Assembly: GCF_006345805.1 (NCBI RefSeq)
Contig: NC_043001.1
Coordinates: forward strand, 49,414,001 to 49,478,000
Direction: 5' to 3'
Source: Octopus sinensis
Lineage: Eukaryota
Length of the DNA stretch: 64,000 nucleotides
This document shows, in pieces, positions 43,802-57,721 of this stretch (position 1 is its first letter; each line of letters starts with the position of its first letter). The notes under the pieces were generated by a model. The model was not told where the DNA came from. It did not search any database and worked only from the letters and a program-made list of their open reading frames with translations. The position numbers were made by a program, and so were the translations under genes.

Positions 43802-45095
43802 CGAGGGACGTTCAATAAGTAATGTAATGCCCTGACCCACTTGCAGTTGTTTGATCTAGCTGAAATTTTGCATGTGCAATCGTTTCTATCTCTATAGAGT
43901 AAGTGGAAAATTACAGCTCTGAATTAATTGTGGTTTCTGATTTACAGGTGTTTGAACCGAGTCAAGTGTGAAATGGAGCCTGTTGAGTGTCGAGCAGTGA
44001 TCTGGTTTTTGTATTTGAAAGGACGTACACCACGGGAGACTTTTGATGAAATGAAAGTAACTTATGGTGATGATGCCCCATCATATGACCTTGTAAAACG
44101 CTGGCATCGTGAATTCAAACATGGTCGGAACTCTGTGGAAACAGCTCCCAGATCTGGTCGCCCCCTTCTGCCATTGATGAGGCATCTGTCCGTCAAGTTG
44201 AGGCTCCCATTTTGGAAGATCGACGCATAACTATTCGCCAAATAGCCCATGAGGTCAAGATTAGTACCGGATCTATGGAAACTATCATTCATGACCATTT
44301 GCATATGCAAAAGGTGTCTGCCAGATGGATTCCCAGGTTGCTCACGCCTTTCCAGAAGCAAGAACGCGTCGAGTGCTCGAGGGTGAATTTGGAGATGTGC
44401 CAAGAAGATGAGTCAAAATTTTTCAAAAGACTGATTACACAGGATGAAACCCGGATCCATCACGATGATCCAGAGACCAAAGCCCAGTCAATGAAGTGGA
44501 AGCACCGTGACTCACCCCCTCCAAAGAAGGCAAGGGTGCAGCCCTCCGTTGGCAAGGTCATGCTCACAGTCTTCTGGGACCAGGACGGAGTAGTGATGAC
44601 AGATTTCCTGGCAAAGGGTACCACAATTGCAGGAGCCTATTATGCTTCACTTTTGAGGAAATTAAGAAAAGTTATCAAAATCAAGAGGCGGGGCAAGATC
44701 AGCAAAGGCATCCTCCTCCTGCAGGACAACGCTCCGGTCCACAACTCGCTTGTCGCCAGATCAGAAGCACAGGCGTATGGCTATGAACTCCTCCCCATCC
44801 CCCCTACTTTCCTGACCTTGCACCCTCTGATTTTCACCTCTTCCCAATCATGAAGTTGTTTTTGAAAGGAAAGCGTTTCCCAGATGATGCAGCCTTGATT
44901 TCTGAAGTCACGTTGAGGTTGGAGGACCAAGTTGGGTCCTTCTACAAAAACGGTCTCCAGAGCCGCATCAAACGATGGGAGAAATGCGTAACTCTGGGTG
45001 GTTCCTATGTAGAAAAAGACTAATAACTGTGCCAAGTTTCGTTGCTCTACTGCTATAGGAAGTGGGTCAGGGGCATTACTTATTGAACGCCCATC

Positions 45096-45096
<1 letters not shown>
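43802..45096 (+). mobile_element. Full-length mariner transposon; transposase 43973-45023 with two frameshifts
   Basis: TIRs cgagggacgttcaataagtaatg..ccctgacccactt / aagtgggtcaggggcattacttattgaacgcccatcg with TA TSD. Transposase motifs WIPRLL, ITQDET, LLQDNAPVH and a frameshifted PPY.PDLAPSDF. Confidence 0.95.
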
Positions 45097-45152
<56 letters not shown>

Positions 45153-45438
45153 ATATATACATTATTAATAGTTAGGGAATATAATAATTCCAAGTCAACA
45201 GGGAAAAAATTCAATTTAGCACACTAAATCAAAAATTCACAATATATTATATGTATATATATAGAATTTAGAGAAAAACCGCTATTTAATTATTCCATCA
45301 ATAATGAAACGGTATGATCTATAATAACCACATAGAAATTAATTAAATATCTTATAATTATTATTCTAAAATATGTTGGTTATTATAGATAATATCGTTT
45401 CACTATTGATGGAATAACTAAATAGCGGTTTGTCTCTA

Positions 45439-45542
<104 letters not shown>

Positions 45543-46177
45543 ATATATCTGTAAATGTAATATGTAACAATTATTCGGTTGCCATGATTCAGACAATCTC
45601 TACCTAGGAATAGATTATCGAATGTCTTCCTTTTTCTTAATATAAGGCATTCGGTGTGCGATTTGAAAGGGAGATTTGACTGCTATTTTTAGCATATTGA
45701 GTGACTATATAAATGCTTTCCATTTGATTGATTCTAAGGTTCAAATATAGACGACAAAGATGAGAACGCGACGTTCCCTTGTACGTTACGGAAATCGGAA
45801 CATCAAGACTTGGGGCTACTGTTTCATACACGAATCTTCTTTAATCTGACTTCCTTTTTAAACGCAATGTACAGTCTTTCTGGTAAATATATTGGTTCCC
45901 CTCTGTGTATTTATTGAACGTTATTTCAAAAGGAAGCCACAGAGAAAAAGACCGAGAAAGAGAGAGAGAGGAAAAAGAAAAGAAATGAGCTAGTGACCTC
46001 ATTTAAAAAAATGGCGACATTCCGTGTAAATTCCGTACAATTATGTATTGGTATTCATACACGTTTGTAGAAAGAGAATGTGTCTGTTAGCTTCTGAGTG
46101 TATGTAATTTAGCGCGTGAGATTATGTGCCTGTCTGTTTATTTATTCGTTTTTATGTATGTATGTATGTATGTATGT

Positions 46178-46575
46178 ATGTGTGGTAAGTAGCTTGCTAA
46201 CCAATCACATGGTTCCGGGTTCAGTCCCACTGCGTGGCATCTTGGGCAAGTGTCTTTGCTATAGCCCCGGGCCGACCAATGCCATGTGAGTGGATTTGGT
46301 AGACGGAAACTGAAAGAAGCCTGTCTTATATATGTATATATATATATGTGTGTGTGTATGTGTTTGTGTGTCTGTGTTTGTCCCCCTAGCATTGCTTGAC
46401 AACCGATGCTGGTGTGTTTACGTCCCCGTTACTTAGCGGTTCGGCAAAAGAGACCGATAAAATAAGTACTGAGCTTACAAAGAATAAGTCCCGGGGTCGA
46501 TTTGCTCGACTAAAAGGTGGTGCTCCAGCATGGCCGCAGTCAAATGACTGAAACAAGTAAAAGAGTAAAAGAGAA
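46178..46575 (+). mobile_element. SINE family A, slightly 5'-truncated
   Basis: Matches the copy at 33248-33665. Confidence 0.8.
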
Positions 46576-46578
46576 AGA

Positions 46579-46616
<38 letters not shown>

Positions 46617-46736
46617 TGGGTACGTGTGTATGTGTAGATTGTACAAATTGTAAAAGTGATGGACACAGCATGGTTGAATGGTTAAGTTCTCTTATTTTGT
46701 TAAGGTTATGTCTACAGATATTCTATAAAAATTATG

Positions 46737-47197
46737 GTGGAGGCGCAACGACTCAGTGGCTAGGGTAACGGACTCGCGGTCGTAGGATCGCGGTTTCGAT
46801 TCTCAGACCGGGTGTTGTGAGTGCTTATTGAGCGAAAACGCTTAAAGCTCCTCGAGGCTCCGGCAGGGGTTGTGGCGAACCTTGCCGTACTCTTTCACCA
46901 CAACCTTCTCTCACTCTTTGTTTCTGTTGTACCTGTATTTCAAAGGACCAACCTTGTCACACTCTATGTCACGATGTTTTCCACACCATAGTGGGTTACA
47001 CCATGGTTCCTCTGCTTTGTGGCAGAAATAGGAAGAAAAAATGAGAGAATTTTGTGGTGAAAGAGTACAGCGGGGAGCTTCGTGGAACTTTGGTGTTTTT
47101 GCTCAATGAACACTCACAATGCTCAGTCTGGGAATCGAAACCGCGCTCTTACGACCGCGAGTCCGCTGCCCTAACCACTGGGCCATTGTGCCTCCAC
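46737..47197. mobile_element. Inverted (tail-to-tail) pair of SINE family C copies
   Basis: Plus-strand copy at 46737-46975 and minus-strand copy at 47035-47197 (gggaatcgaaaccgcg...ccactgggccattgtgcctcca). Confidence 0.75.
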
Positions 47198-47546
47198 AGC
47201 TACTGTTGTTACTCCTTTTCAGCTGAGTAGACTGGAATAATGAGATGCAAAGTGCCTTTCACTAAGACACAACGCGCATCCCAGAACGGCAATCGAACCC
47301 ACGATCGAAAGCCTTGTTGCTTAACTTTCAGACCCTAGTCTAGATTGCGAATCCTCTGTACCCCAGGATGGTTCAGCTCTCCACCCGTTTACGGAATGAG
47401 GATAACAACGTAGCTTTCGCACCCGTGCAACTGCCAGTCTACCGCGTGTGGTGGGTGGATCTTCAATTTGCCACACGCATTCTTAGTAGCTTAGAGTAGG
47501 CTCGAATTAGAGATTATTCTTTGTGGCTAATGGCGTGAGTCCTGAT

Positions 47547-47577
47547 TGGAAGAAGAAGAAGAAGAAGAAGGAAGAAA

Positions 47578-47608
<31 letters not shown>

Positions 47609-47652
47609 AAGAGAAGAAGAGAAGAAGAAGAAGAAGAAGAAGAAGAAGAAGA
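47547..47652. repeat. (GAA)n microsatellite
   Basis: Seen directly in the sequence. Confidence 0.95.
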
Positions 47653-48239
47653 GACAGCAGTAGCTGACGGAGTTGGTGCCAACTGGCGTCCCATTCAGGG
47701 ACAAGAAAATATGGTACCTTGTGTCACTATTTCCTATTTATAATTCTACCTTTACGGTGCTTTATTCTGCTGGAAAATAATATCATTGTATTGTAATAAT
47801 ATTTATGTTTCATATATAAAACTTTTCACTGATCTCGTTCTGTTTATGGCTGGGGCTATTGGCCGAGCATACAGGCGTTGATGTAGCAGATATTTTAAAT
47901 TTAGTCTTTTCGGTAGACGTAGCCGATGAAGACCAAATGGTTTTACTATAACAAACGCATTCTGAAAAATTCGAAACTCGAGAACTAGGTTGTTCATTTC
48001 TCTGGCGTTCTTCCTGGAGATAAGACGAACATTTTTATATTCGCCGCCCGCACACATCTTTGCTTCTATACATACAGTGAAGCTCTATCTAACGTCGAAC
48101 GGTTATCGACTGCTATTTACAGCAAAAATTGGTACCTTGTTGTGCCACTATTTCCTATTTATAATTCTACCTTTACGGTGCTTTATTTCGCTGAAAAATA
48201 TTGTATTGTACTAATATATATATATATATATTAGAGATG

Positions 48240-48309
48240 GCCAGATAACCGAAGAGATGGTGTTGTGGATTTCCACCTCGGCATCCGAAACTCAGAGTTT
48301 TATCTTGGC
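48240..48309 (+). ncRNA. Candidate type I hammerhead with a CCGAAGA core variant
   Basis: gccagataa-ccgaaga-gatg...catcc-gaaa-ctcagag-tt-ttatcttggc. Confidence 0.5.
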
Positions 48310-48343
48310 TATTGAATAATTGTGTCACATATTATTTTACAGA

Positions 48344-48379
<36 letters not shown>

Positions 48380-48415
48380 TGTATGTATGTATGTATGTAT
48401 GTATGTATATATGTA

Positions 48416-48446
<31 letters not shown>

Positions 48447-51038
48447 ATGTATGTATGTATGTATGGATGTATGTATGTATGGATGGATGGATGGATGTAT
48501 GGATGGATGTATATACGCTAGGCATAACAACTACTTAAAATGGGGCGTGGATTCAGCTGTAAGCCGTGTCTACCTTGAATGTTGAATCGCTGCCTTTCTT
48601 TGACAAAGAAAAGCAAGTAGTCTTGTGCTGCCTGGTGGCAATGGTAAATGATGTTACATCGTGAACAGACTCGAAAATTTTGAATATAGTTTTACCTTTC
48701 AGATGAAGCCCATAATGATTTCTTTAAGTGAAGGTAAAGATGAAGCTTTTACCCCAGTAAGTATGATCAAAGGAGAGTGAGAGTGGCGAAACTGGCGCGG
48801 TTAACTGGTTCTACACTAACTATGACTGAGGCGTGCCGTAAAAACTGGAAGAAGTCACTTTCCAGAGTAATCCGGAGTTGTGTTGTGCCTCATTCCCACT
48901 ATACAGTTGCTCTTTTCCTTTTTAGGAGATCCTTTTCTTGTTTTTATTTTTGCTGTATTTATGGCAACCTAGTCTATATTACTGTTACGCGAAAACTCAG
49001 TTACCGCGGCCGGTCTCGGAACCAATCTACCGCGATAAACGAGGGATCATTGTATTGAACTCACCTTTTTGCTCAACGTAACCGCATACCCACTTTTTCT
49101 TTCCTATGTTTTTTTTTCTGTTCATTTCTCTTTTGTAATGTCCCCAATGTCCAGGCAGCTAAAGTGACAATGTGGTTAGTGTGTCTTCCTAAACATCACA
49201 TATTATGTAGTTAGTTCATTACATGCTTTCGCTAGTTTCTGGTTGTAAGGTCTTTGATCATCGTCACAGCCAAAAAGCATCCGGTTTTAACTTTTAACGT
49301 CGTTCTTCTTCTTTAGCTAGTGTTGTAATTTTTCTTTATCGATTTCCTTCCAGTTCAGTTTTCTTGGCCGTGTTAAGGTTTTTCTTAAATCAGTTAAACC
49401 TTCTGTATCTCCATTTTTGCTTTGTTGTGAAATTTCTATAAAACAATTTCTGTTGTTTCTCCTTTCAAAGAACGAAAAAGAAGTAAATACATTCATGTTC
49501 ATATCCTTTCCCTCTCCCTTTCTATCTTTCCCCTCTGTCCCTCTCACTCTATTTCTCGTACTACTTTATGTTCCCTCTCTCTCTCTCTCTTCTCCCTCTC
49601 CTTCTTTCTTCTTTTCTGTCACCTCTCTCCCACCCACTCTCTCCACCTTTCTTCCTCTCCATCCTTCTCCTCCTCTCTCATTTTCCTTTTCGCTCTCCCC
49701 TCTCTCCCTTCCTTTCTGCCTTCCTCCCTCTCATTTCCTTTCCTTCCGTTCATTTTCCTTCTCTCTCTATATGATAACAATATGGGCCAAAGCGACACTT
49801 CCACCGAACATTTCAAAGAAGCAGACGATCAACATGTTTCTCGTTCAAGCTAAATACAACATCAACAATTCTTATCCTGTCTTTCACATTTTTTCTCATC
49901 TAAATGTAGATGTTTATCTTCTTTTTTTTTAAGATGACAAACTTTAACAACTGTCACTCGTCACTCTTCAAACTACAGAATGACTGAGCCAGATGATAAT
50001 AGAGTGGGGGAACGGAGGGTCACTTACATCAACCATCAACCTCACGTCTCTCACCACTTTTACTAATCAAACGACATTCTTAGAATGTTAGAGACGCAAA
50101 TGTCTCTTTGCAGTAGCTTTGTTGACAAAAAATAGCTTGCTTATATAGTATACATACATACATACATACATACATACATACATACATACATACATACATA
50201 CATACATACATACATACATAATACATACATACATACATGCATACATACATACATACACACATACACATAATGTATGTATGTATGTATGTATGTATGTAGT
50301 ATGTATGTATGTATGTATGTATGTATGTATGCATGTATGTATGTGTAAAACAAAATATATTTACATACAATCCTAATACTCTTAGTTCTATATTCTGACA
50401 TAAGCATGTTCCTCTGAACATGTAATCCTTGGGTTCATAGTATGTTTGTATATACATACGTATGTATATATATGTATGTATGCTTGTATACATGTATGCA
50501 TGTATGTATGTGAATACGCACACACACACACACACGCACACAAACACAAACATATATATATATATATATATATATATACTTACATACACATACACATATA
50601 GGTTAGTCATAAGGATTTCTTAAGAATCAAGGCACATTAACATGTAAGACGCCAGAAAATGGCATGGTACAAACACATAGAACTCGCAGTGAAATAAAAC
50701 GACGATGTAGACATAAGTGCCGGAAAGATACTGTAGATATGTAGGTACCAAATCCAATTTGCAGCCAACGACACGACGTATCAGAGGTACCTTGGTGTGA
50801 CGTTGGTATGAAAGAGTAAACACGAATAGCATTGAAAATTTATGGCAGCTTTTTCGGCAGAATTGTATTTAATGTAGTCGTAAGAAAATGCTTTCGTTTT
50901 AAATGTTGCCTAATTATGGCGCATTGTATATTATGAAAAGCACTTTTGTGAATACATCAAATAAAACGCTACTGAAACAGCAGTAGTAAAGTTTAAATGT
51001 CGTTCGTCTTTACTATCATATATCTACCCGTGCGCACG

Positions 51039-51071
<33 letters not shown>

Positions 51072-51351
51072 GGGATTAAAGCAATTTCGCACATCTCCTT
51101 GAAAAATGCATGTTTTTTAAAAAAAATTTTTCGGATTCCTACGTTTTAGATGTCGGAGATTACGAATATGAAAAAAAAACAAAAATAAATTAACCCTCTA
51201 CACCACACTACCATCAACCCCCCCCCCCCATTTAAAATTTTGAACTTTTTCGAAATTTTTTTCCCTTATGTTTTAGATGATGGAGATTCCGGACATGCAA
51301 GAAGCCACGTTTTCAAAATTTTAAATTCAATAACCATATATCTATATGTGT

Positions 51352-51411
<60 letters not shown>

Positions 51412-51931
51412 GAATGTCTTCCTGGGGCTAAAAGCAACAGTAACACCGTCTTCTATAGGACCGCCACATTTAGTTGACAAATATATTTTTTGAATAAACG
51501 GACATGGATAAATAGATAGACAGACAAATAAATTAATGGATGAAAAAGTTCAAAATTTAAAATTGGTGGCGGGGTGAAATTTGAGCCCCTTATTAATCTT
51601 TATAACATTAATTATTAAACATCAATGTTTGTTTCTCATAAAATGGCGTATATTTTACTTTATATTATCATTTACGATTATTTAAGGCAAACACAATAAA
51701 ATGCAAATTCTTTTCACTTTAATGTTTTTGTCTGTATCTAATTTCGATTTGCATATATATGTTCGTCAATTTAAAGTAAACAAGATCAAAAATTTCTATT
51801 GGGGTGGGGTGGGGTGAAATAAAATTTTTTTGCATATTGGTACTCTCCTACATGTAAAACGTAGGGATCCGAAAAAATTTTTTTTTTTAAAATGCATTTT
51901 TCAAGGAGCGGTGCGAAACTGCATTAGCTCC
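51072..51931. mobile_element. MITE with TIRs of about 100 bp
   Basis: gcaatttcgcacatctccttgaaaaatgcat..ttcggattcctacgtttta is inverted at 51833-51931 (taaaacgtagggatccgaa..atgcatttttcaaggagcggtgcgaaactgc). Confidence 0.75.
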
Positions 51932-51934
51932 ATT

Positions 51935-51967
<33 letters not shown>

Positions 51968-52152
51968 AAGAGAGAGAGAGAGAGAGAGAGAACAATGAAA
52001 ATGAGTGCTCAGCGTCACATTGGTGAATAGATATTCATTTGTGTATTAAGTCTACCTTTGGTTTCATGTTAAGAAATATCTCAACAATTATTCAAGCCCC
52101 AATCACATAGAAAAATTGGTGTTTGTCTCAATTTTGAATTAAAACACTGTAT

Positions 52153-52202
<50 letters not shown>

Positions 52203-52269
52203 GGAGTAAACACATAAATGTGAAACAAGGTGGAAAAAAGAGTACTCAAATACCAGTGGTAGAGTAAAA

Positions 52270-52307
52270 CTGTCCGATGAACGGCAACAGGAAACTCAGA
52301 GTAACAG
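52270..52307 (+). ncRNA. Candidate minimal type I hammerhead with a CCGAUGA core variant
   Basis: ctgt-ccgatga-acggcaacag-gaaa-ctcagag-ta-acag, inside a 140-bp insert (52201-52340) between (TA)n tracts. Stem II is weak. Confidence 0.45.
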
Positions 52308-53747
52308 GTCTTGTTGAATTTTCTGCTGCTTTAAATAAAGTATATATATATATATATATACATACTTATGTATACACAGGTATATACGTATATGATATGT
52401 ATGTAAGTCTGTGTATTTATATATGTATATCCTAGCATGTATGTATATGTGTTTGTCTACAGTTCACTGTACTCTGCGTTTGGTCTGCCCACATAATTCT
52501 CAAAGGACCCTGCTGTAACTATACGTGTAATTCTCTTCTTCCACTTTCTCTTATATACACATTGTGTGTGTGTGTGAGAGAGAGAGAGAGAGTTTGTTTG
52601 GTTCTGTGGGACAGAGAGAAAGGGTTAAAGTGATAGATTTCAGGAGAATGGAGTTGCAGTAACAGGAAAATATCCTTGGTGTAAGAGCTGTAGGAATTTG
52701 AAGAAAAGATTCCCAAGATGTTAGGAATGTGTGACGGATAAAGACTAGGATGTCTGAGAGGTAAAGGGGCTTACGTGGTAATCCCACGGGTAGAGGAACC
52801 TGATATGTTAATGTATTGGTGAGTCGCTGTGTAAGCATATTGATATGTTTGTCAAGAAATGTGTGTAGTTGGATAGCTGTGAATAAGTTCGTATGTAGGG
52901 ACGTGTGTGCATGTGTGTGCATGTGTGTGTGTGTGTGTGTGTGTGTTGTGTGTGTGTGTGTGTGTGTGTGTGTAGTTGTGTGTTTAGCCGGGGGACGATG
53001 GAGTCGGAGTGCAATCACCAGTGGTCAAATATGTCTGAAGTATTCGAGATATGTGAAAATAGACTCGTGGCACGGGTAGGTGTAGCTGAATGACGACGAC
53101 TATGATGATGTTGATGCAAGGCGTAGTGGTGGTGGTGGTGGTGTATACGTGTGCTTGTGTGTGTGTGTGCCATTGTGAGCATCTATTTGTGTAGAAAGGT
53201 TTCGGTATTGGTGGGTAGGGTCCGAGAAACGTAAGGGGTCTGTAGTGCAGCTAAACACATTGACTCTTGTGAATTTTTTGACTGAAATACGATGGTCTTC
53301 CCTTCTTTCTTTCTTTTTTTCCTTTTTTTCTTTCTTTCTTTCCTTTTCTTTCTTTCTTTCTTTCTTTCTCTCTTGTGGTCAGGCGTTCGCACTAGAGAGA
53401 GATGGGGATTTAGGACTGTTGGTTTATACACACACACACACGCACACGCACACACACATATGCACATGTACACATGTATGAGCACATACACACATACATG
53501 CAATATACACATACACATACATATATACATACCCATATACGTAAGCACACATATGAGAACATACACGCAAATACACATGCACTTACGCGCACGCATACAC
53601 GAGCTCATGTACGTATATACGCATACATGTATGTACATTAAGATACGCACACGTATGCACAGCTTTAAACATATGCGCATACACATACATACACATGCAA
53701 ACACATACACATACACACACACATACACATACACATATATGCTCAGT

Positions 53748-53869
<122 letters not shown>

Positions 53870-54045
53870 TGCATATGCATACACATATACCACAAGGAGA
53901 GGGGAGAAGTTAGGGACGACGCTTTGGGGAGGCGAGGTGAGTCGGGGGCAACGGAATTAGGACTAACAGTCCAGAATACCTGAAACGTTGCAGGAGTTTG
54001 GAAGGGCGATACGTCAACTAGTTTTCTGGATGTTATAGTGTCTGA

Positions 54046-54111
<66 letters not shown>

Positions 54112-54696
54112 GCTACCGCCGCCGCCGCAGCCGCCACCACCACCACCACCACACCACCACCACCACCACCACCACCACTAGTACTATCACCACCACTACC
54201 ACCACTACTACTACCACCACCACCACTACCACCAAGAACCACTCCGGCCATCTCGGACGGTAATCACAGAACTGACCACTTCGAATAACGATAACATTAA
54301 CCAATACTAACATTGAGCGTTGCAAACAACGGTAACAGCTGCAAGGATCATTCTGATCACCACGGACAGTAATCGCTCCAATACTGACCACCTCAAATAA
54401 CAGCAGTTGCCAAAATTTACTAGACCACTAAAATATAAAAAAAATAACTATAGCAAGAACACCATTCCCACCACAACCACCACCACCATCAACTATAACT
54501 CGAACAGCAACAACATCAACTACAGCAACAACAATAGCTACAACAGCAACAACAACTAAAACTAGAACACTACCAAGAACAACAATATCGACAGCACCAA
54601 CAACAATTATTACGTTTATTAAATCCGTTATAATGAAAGCCGTGGCTACTGTTTTAACATATTGGAGCATAACGTCTCTGTTGATGTTGTGTGTAG

Positions 54697-54888
54697 CTGA
54701 CAGGGCCCCAGCAAACCCTTGTATGTTTGTCGCCAACCAAACCACATTTCTAGCTGACCCCGACGGTAACTGTTCTACCTTCTATGTCTGTTCGAATGGT
54801 CACTCACTTCAGCTTTCATGCCAACCGGCAGGAGTCTGGAACGAAGAAACTTCGGCCTGCGTACCCCGATATTCAGTATTCGACCACT
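54697..54888 (+). CDS. Internal exon of a chitin-binding type 2 (CBM14/peritrophin-A) protein
   Basis: Acceptor tag| and donor |gtaagt, phase 1-1, 192 bp. Encodes NPCMFVANQTTFLADPDGNCSTFYVCSNGHSLQLSCQPAGVWNEETSACVPRYSVFDH(C), with CBM14 cysteine spacing. Confidence 0.8.
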
Positions 54889-54959
54889 GTAAGTGTCCTT
54901 TCTTTTCTTTTCTTTTCTCTTCTTTTCGTTTCATTTCTTTCTTTCCTTCTTTCTTTCCT

Positions 54960-54991
<32 letters not shown>

Positions 54992-55049
54992 TTTGTCGTC
55001 GTCGTCATCATCATTGTCATCTTCATCATCATCATTATCACCACCACTA

Positions 55050-55278
55050 CCTATTTCTTTACTACCCACATGGGGCTAAACACAGAGAGGACAAACAAGG
55101 ACAGACAAACGGATTCAGTCGATTATTACGACCCCAGTGCGTAACTGGTACTTATTTAATCGACCCCGAAAGGATGAAAGGCAAAGTCGACCTCGGCGGA
55201 ATTTGAACTCAGAACGTAGCGGCAGACGAAATACCGCTAACCATTTCGTCCGGTGTGCTAACGTTTCTACCAGCTCAC
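55050..55278 (-). mobile_element. SINE family B
   Basis: Reverse complement of the 35870 copy. Confidence 0.8.
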
Positions 55279-55357
55279 CACCACTACCAACGCTGCCACC
55301 ACCATCAACACTGAAGACGCCCTCTCCATCGCCGCGCCACAATCATCGTCGTCGTCG

Positions 55358-55389
<32 letters not shown>

Positions 55390-56799
55390 GTCATCATCAT
55401 CATCATCATCGTCATCATCTTCATCATCATCATCTTCATCTCTCTGGAGTCGAGTAAAATAAGCACCTGCCACAACAGGTTAGTCGATTATACACCAACC
55501 CGAATATGTCCACCTGCAACCGCATGGAGATACAATTTGTATGCTAGAGGCTACGACTGACAACCCAACATTCTGTCATATTACAGACGAGGACTTAACG
55601 CAGCAGTTCTCAAACCGACAAATTCTATCCTCCATTGTCAGACATTAAATATATTGGAACTTCCCCAATTTCTATTGATGAAATGACGAAATAGAATTTT
55701 TTTCTTTATAATAGTTTTTTCTTCACCAAAGTTGGATAATATCTTAATTTTATAAAGCATTAATGTTTTTCTCCCTGCTTTTTAATCTTTCACAACCTGT
55801 GAAGAAAACTGATCTATGCATCTTTTAATTTTAAGCACATATTTCTGGAACGTTTCTGCTGATGGCTTATTTTCTTAAAAGACTTTGATGCTGTGATGTA
55901 ATCAGAAAATTTATTTCCTTTCAGGTCTTAGAATTTTCAGTAATTAAAGGATGTTCCCCTTATTTCTCATTGCTTGACTAATGAGTTTATCCAAACCTTT
56001 AAGAAAGCAATCATTCTGAAGTTCAGTTTTCGATTGATTGTCATTATGCTTTCTTAATCCTTTTATCGAAAGTTCTTTTTCGTAATGTTTGATTCCTTAG
56101 CGGCTTTCATTTATATATTTCTCTTTGAACAAATATATAATTGTACATCAACCATTGAAAATGCTTGTTAATATATGGGTTCCTTTATTGATTAACGTAT
56201 CTGGTTGGTTTGACAGTATAGTTGTATGCATTCAGAATTGTATGTATAGCTGTATATATACAGAACTTTCTGCTACAGAACTGGCGCATGTATGTCTTTT
56301 TACTGAGGCCGGTCAAAGAAGAAATTTGTGTGATGTCTGTAAAGTGATGTCTGTCAGATATCGATAATTGATATTTGTGAGTATTTCGTTGGTTTTTGCT
56401 GTAGCTAGTCAATTCACAAATTTTAGAAATACTTGTAAGACATCTTACAGTCAAGTTTCCCGTTTGTGTCGGCTATCTTACTATGCTACTCTTCACATTG
56501 GATAAGCCAAATTATTGTGTCGGTTATCATATTACATCAACTACCACATTCTGTCAAACATTCGGTTGTATAAGTCTCTACATTATGTCAACCACTATAA
56601 GATCTCAAACATCTTAATGTGGTTTTTCTACCGTAATGCAGTGACCTTGTTTTCGTGTTATCTTAAATATTTCTTTCATCTTTTACTTGTTTCAGTCATT
56701 GGACGGCAGCCATGATGGGGCGCTGCCTTGAAGTGTTTAGTAGAGCAAATCAACCTTAGAACTTATGTTTTTGAAATCTGTTATTTATTCTATGTGTCT

Positions 56800-57480
56800 T
56801 TTTGAGGACTAATAAGTTTGTGACTTCCCACTTCAAAGGCTTCTTCCATGCAATTCAAGAACAAGATATATCCACTAAGGACCTACAGCATAAAAAACAG
56901 AAAACGTTACGTCGACTGACTACAAATGTAAGCTGTGCAAAACCAAGACTGAAAACGTCGACTACATTATTGCCAACCGTGAGAGAATGTCTTCCAGGTA
57001 TTGCCTTCCCATGAGGTATGACGCAACGGCCAGAACAGGATATCAAAAACAAAACTACAGACAAAGTTACTATATTGAGACCCATGGGTCAAAAGAATAT
57101 TGGTGGAAGTTAAAAATTGAAACAGCCAAGAAGTTAAAACACAACTGGCCAGATGTTGTGTGGGACCACAAGAAAAAGTTATGTTCTTTTATGGAAGTCT
57201 GCTGCATTTTGGACACCAATATGGTTAGAAAAATACAAGAGAAAGAGGACATCTATGAATCATTTATAAGGATTTTGCAAATCCAGTACCCAATTTACAC
57301 TTTCAGTTCCATACTTATTATTATTGGAGCAACAAGATATATACTAACCCGTCTAGAGCAAAGTCTAGTTGAACTTAGGTACTTGGAGAGGGAACACAGA
57401 TCCTTAATACCATACCATACAAATGATCTCGATATCTGGGACTATAAAAATCTACAAGAACTTCTCAAGATATAAAGGAT
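56800..57480 (+). pseudogene. R4/Dong-clade retrotransposon relic (CCHC region plus RLE)
   Basis: GFFHAIQEQDI..CKLCKTKTENVDYII..YWWKLKI..KHNWPDVVWDHKKKLC..EVCC..D.N...K..EK..Y..IIIGA. Confidence 0.7.
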
Positions 57481-57651
57481 GATGAACAAGGATGGTTTCC
57501 TTCACAATCTTGCAACCAAACAGGTGGCCGGTGGAAATTTATACTAAATTAAAAACAAAAAGAGAAGAATATACATATCTGCATATCTCTCCATATGTAC
57601 TTATATATATATACATACATACATACATACATACATACATACATACATACA

Positions 57652-57718
<67 letters not shown>

Positions 57719-57721
<3 letters not shown>

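Noticed and set aside
47546-47743. Poly-E/K/R charged ORF
   Set aside because: It is a (GAA)n microsatellite.
52988-53080. Possible upstream exon of the chitin-binding gene (MESECNHQW...)
   Set aside because: There is no signal peptide or domain, the splice sites are weak, and the phase could not be established.
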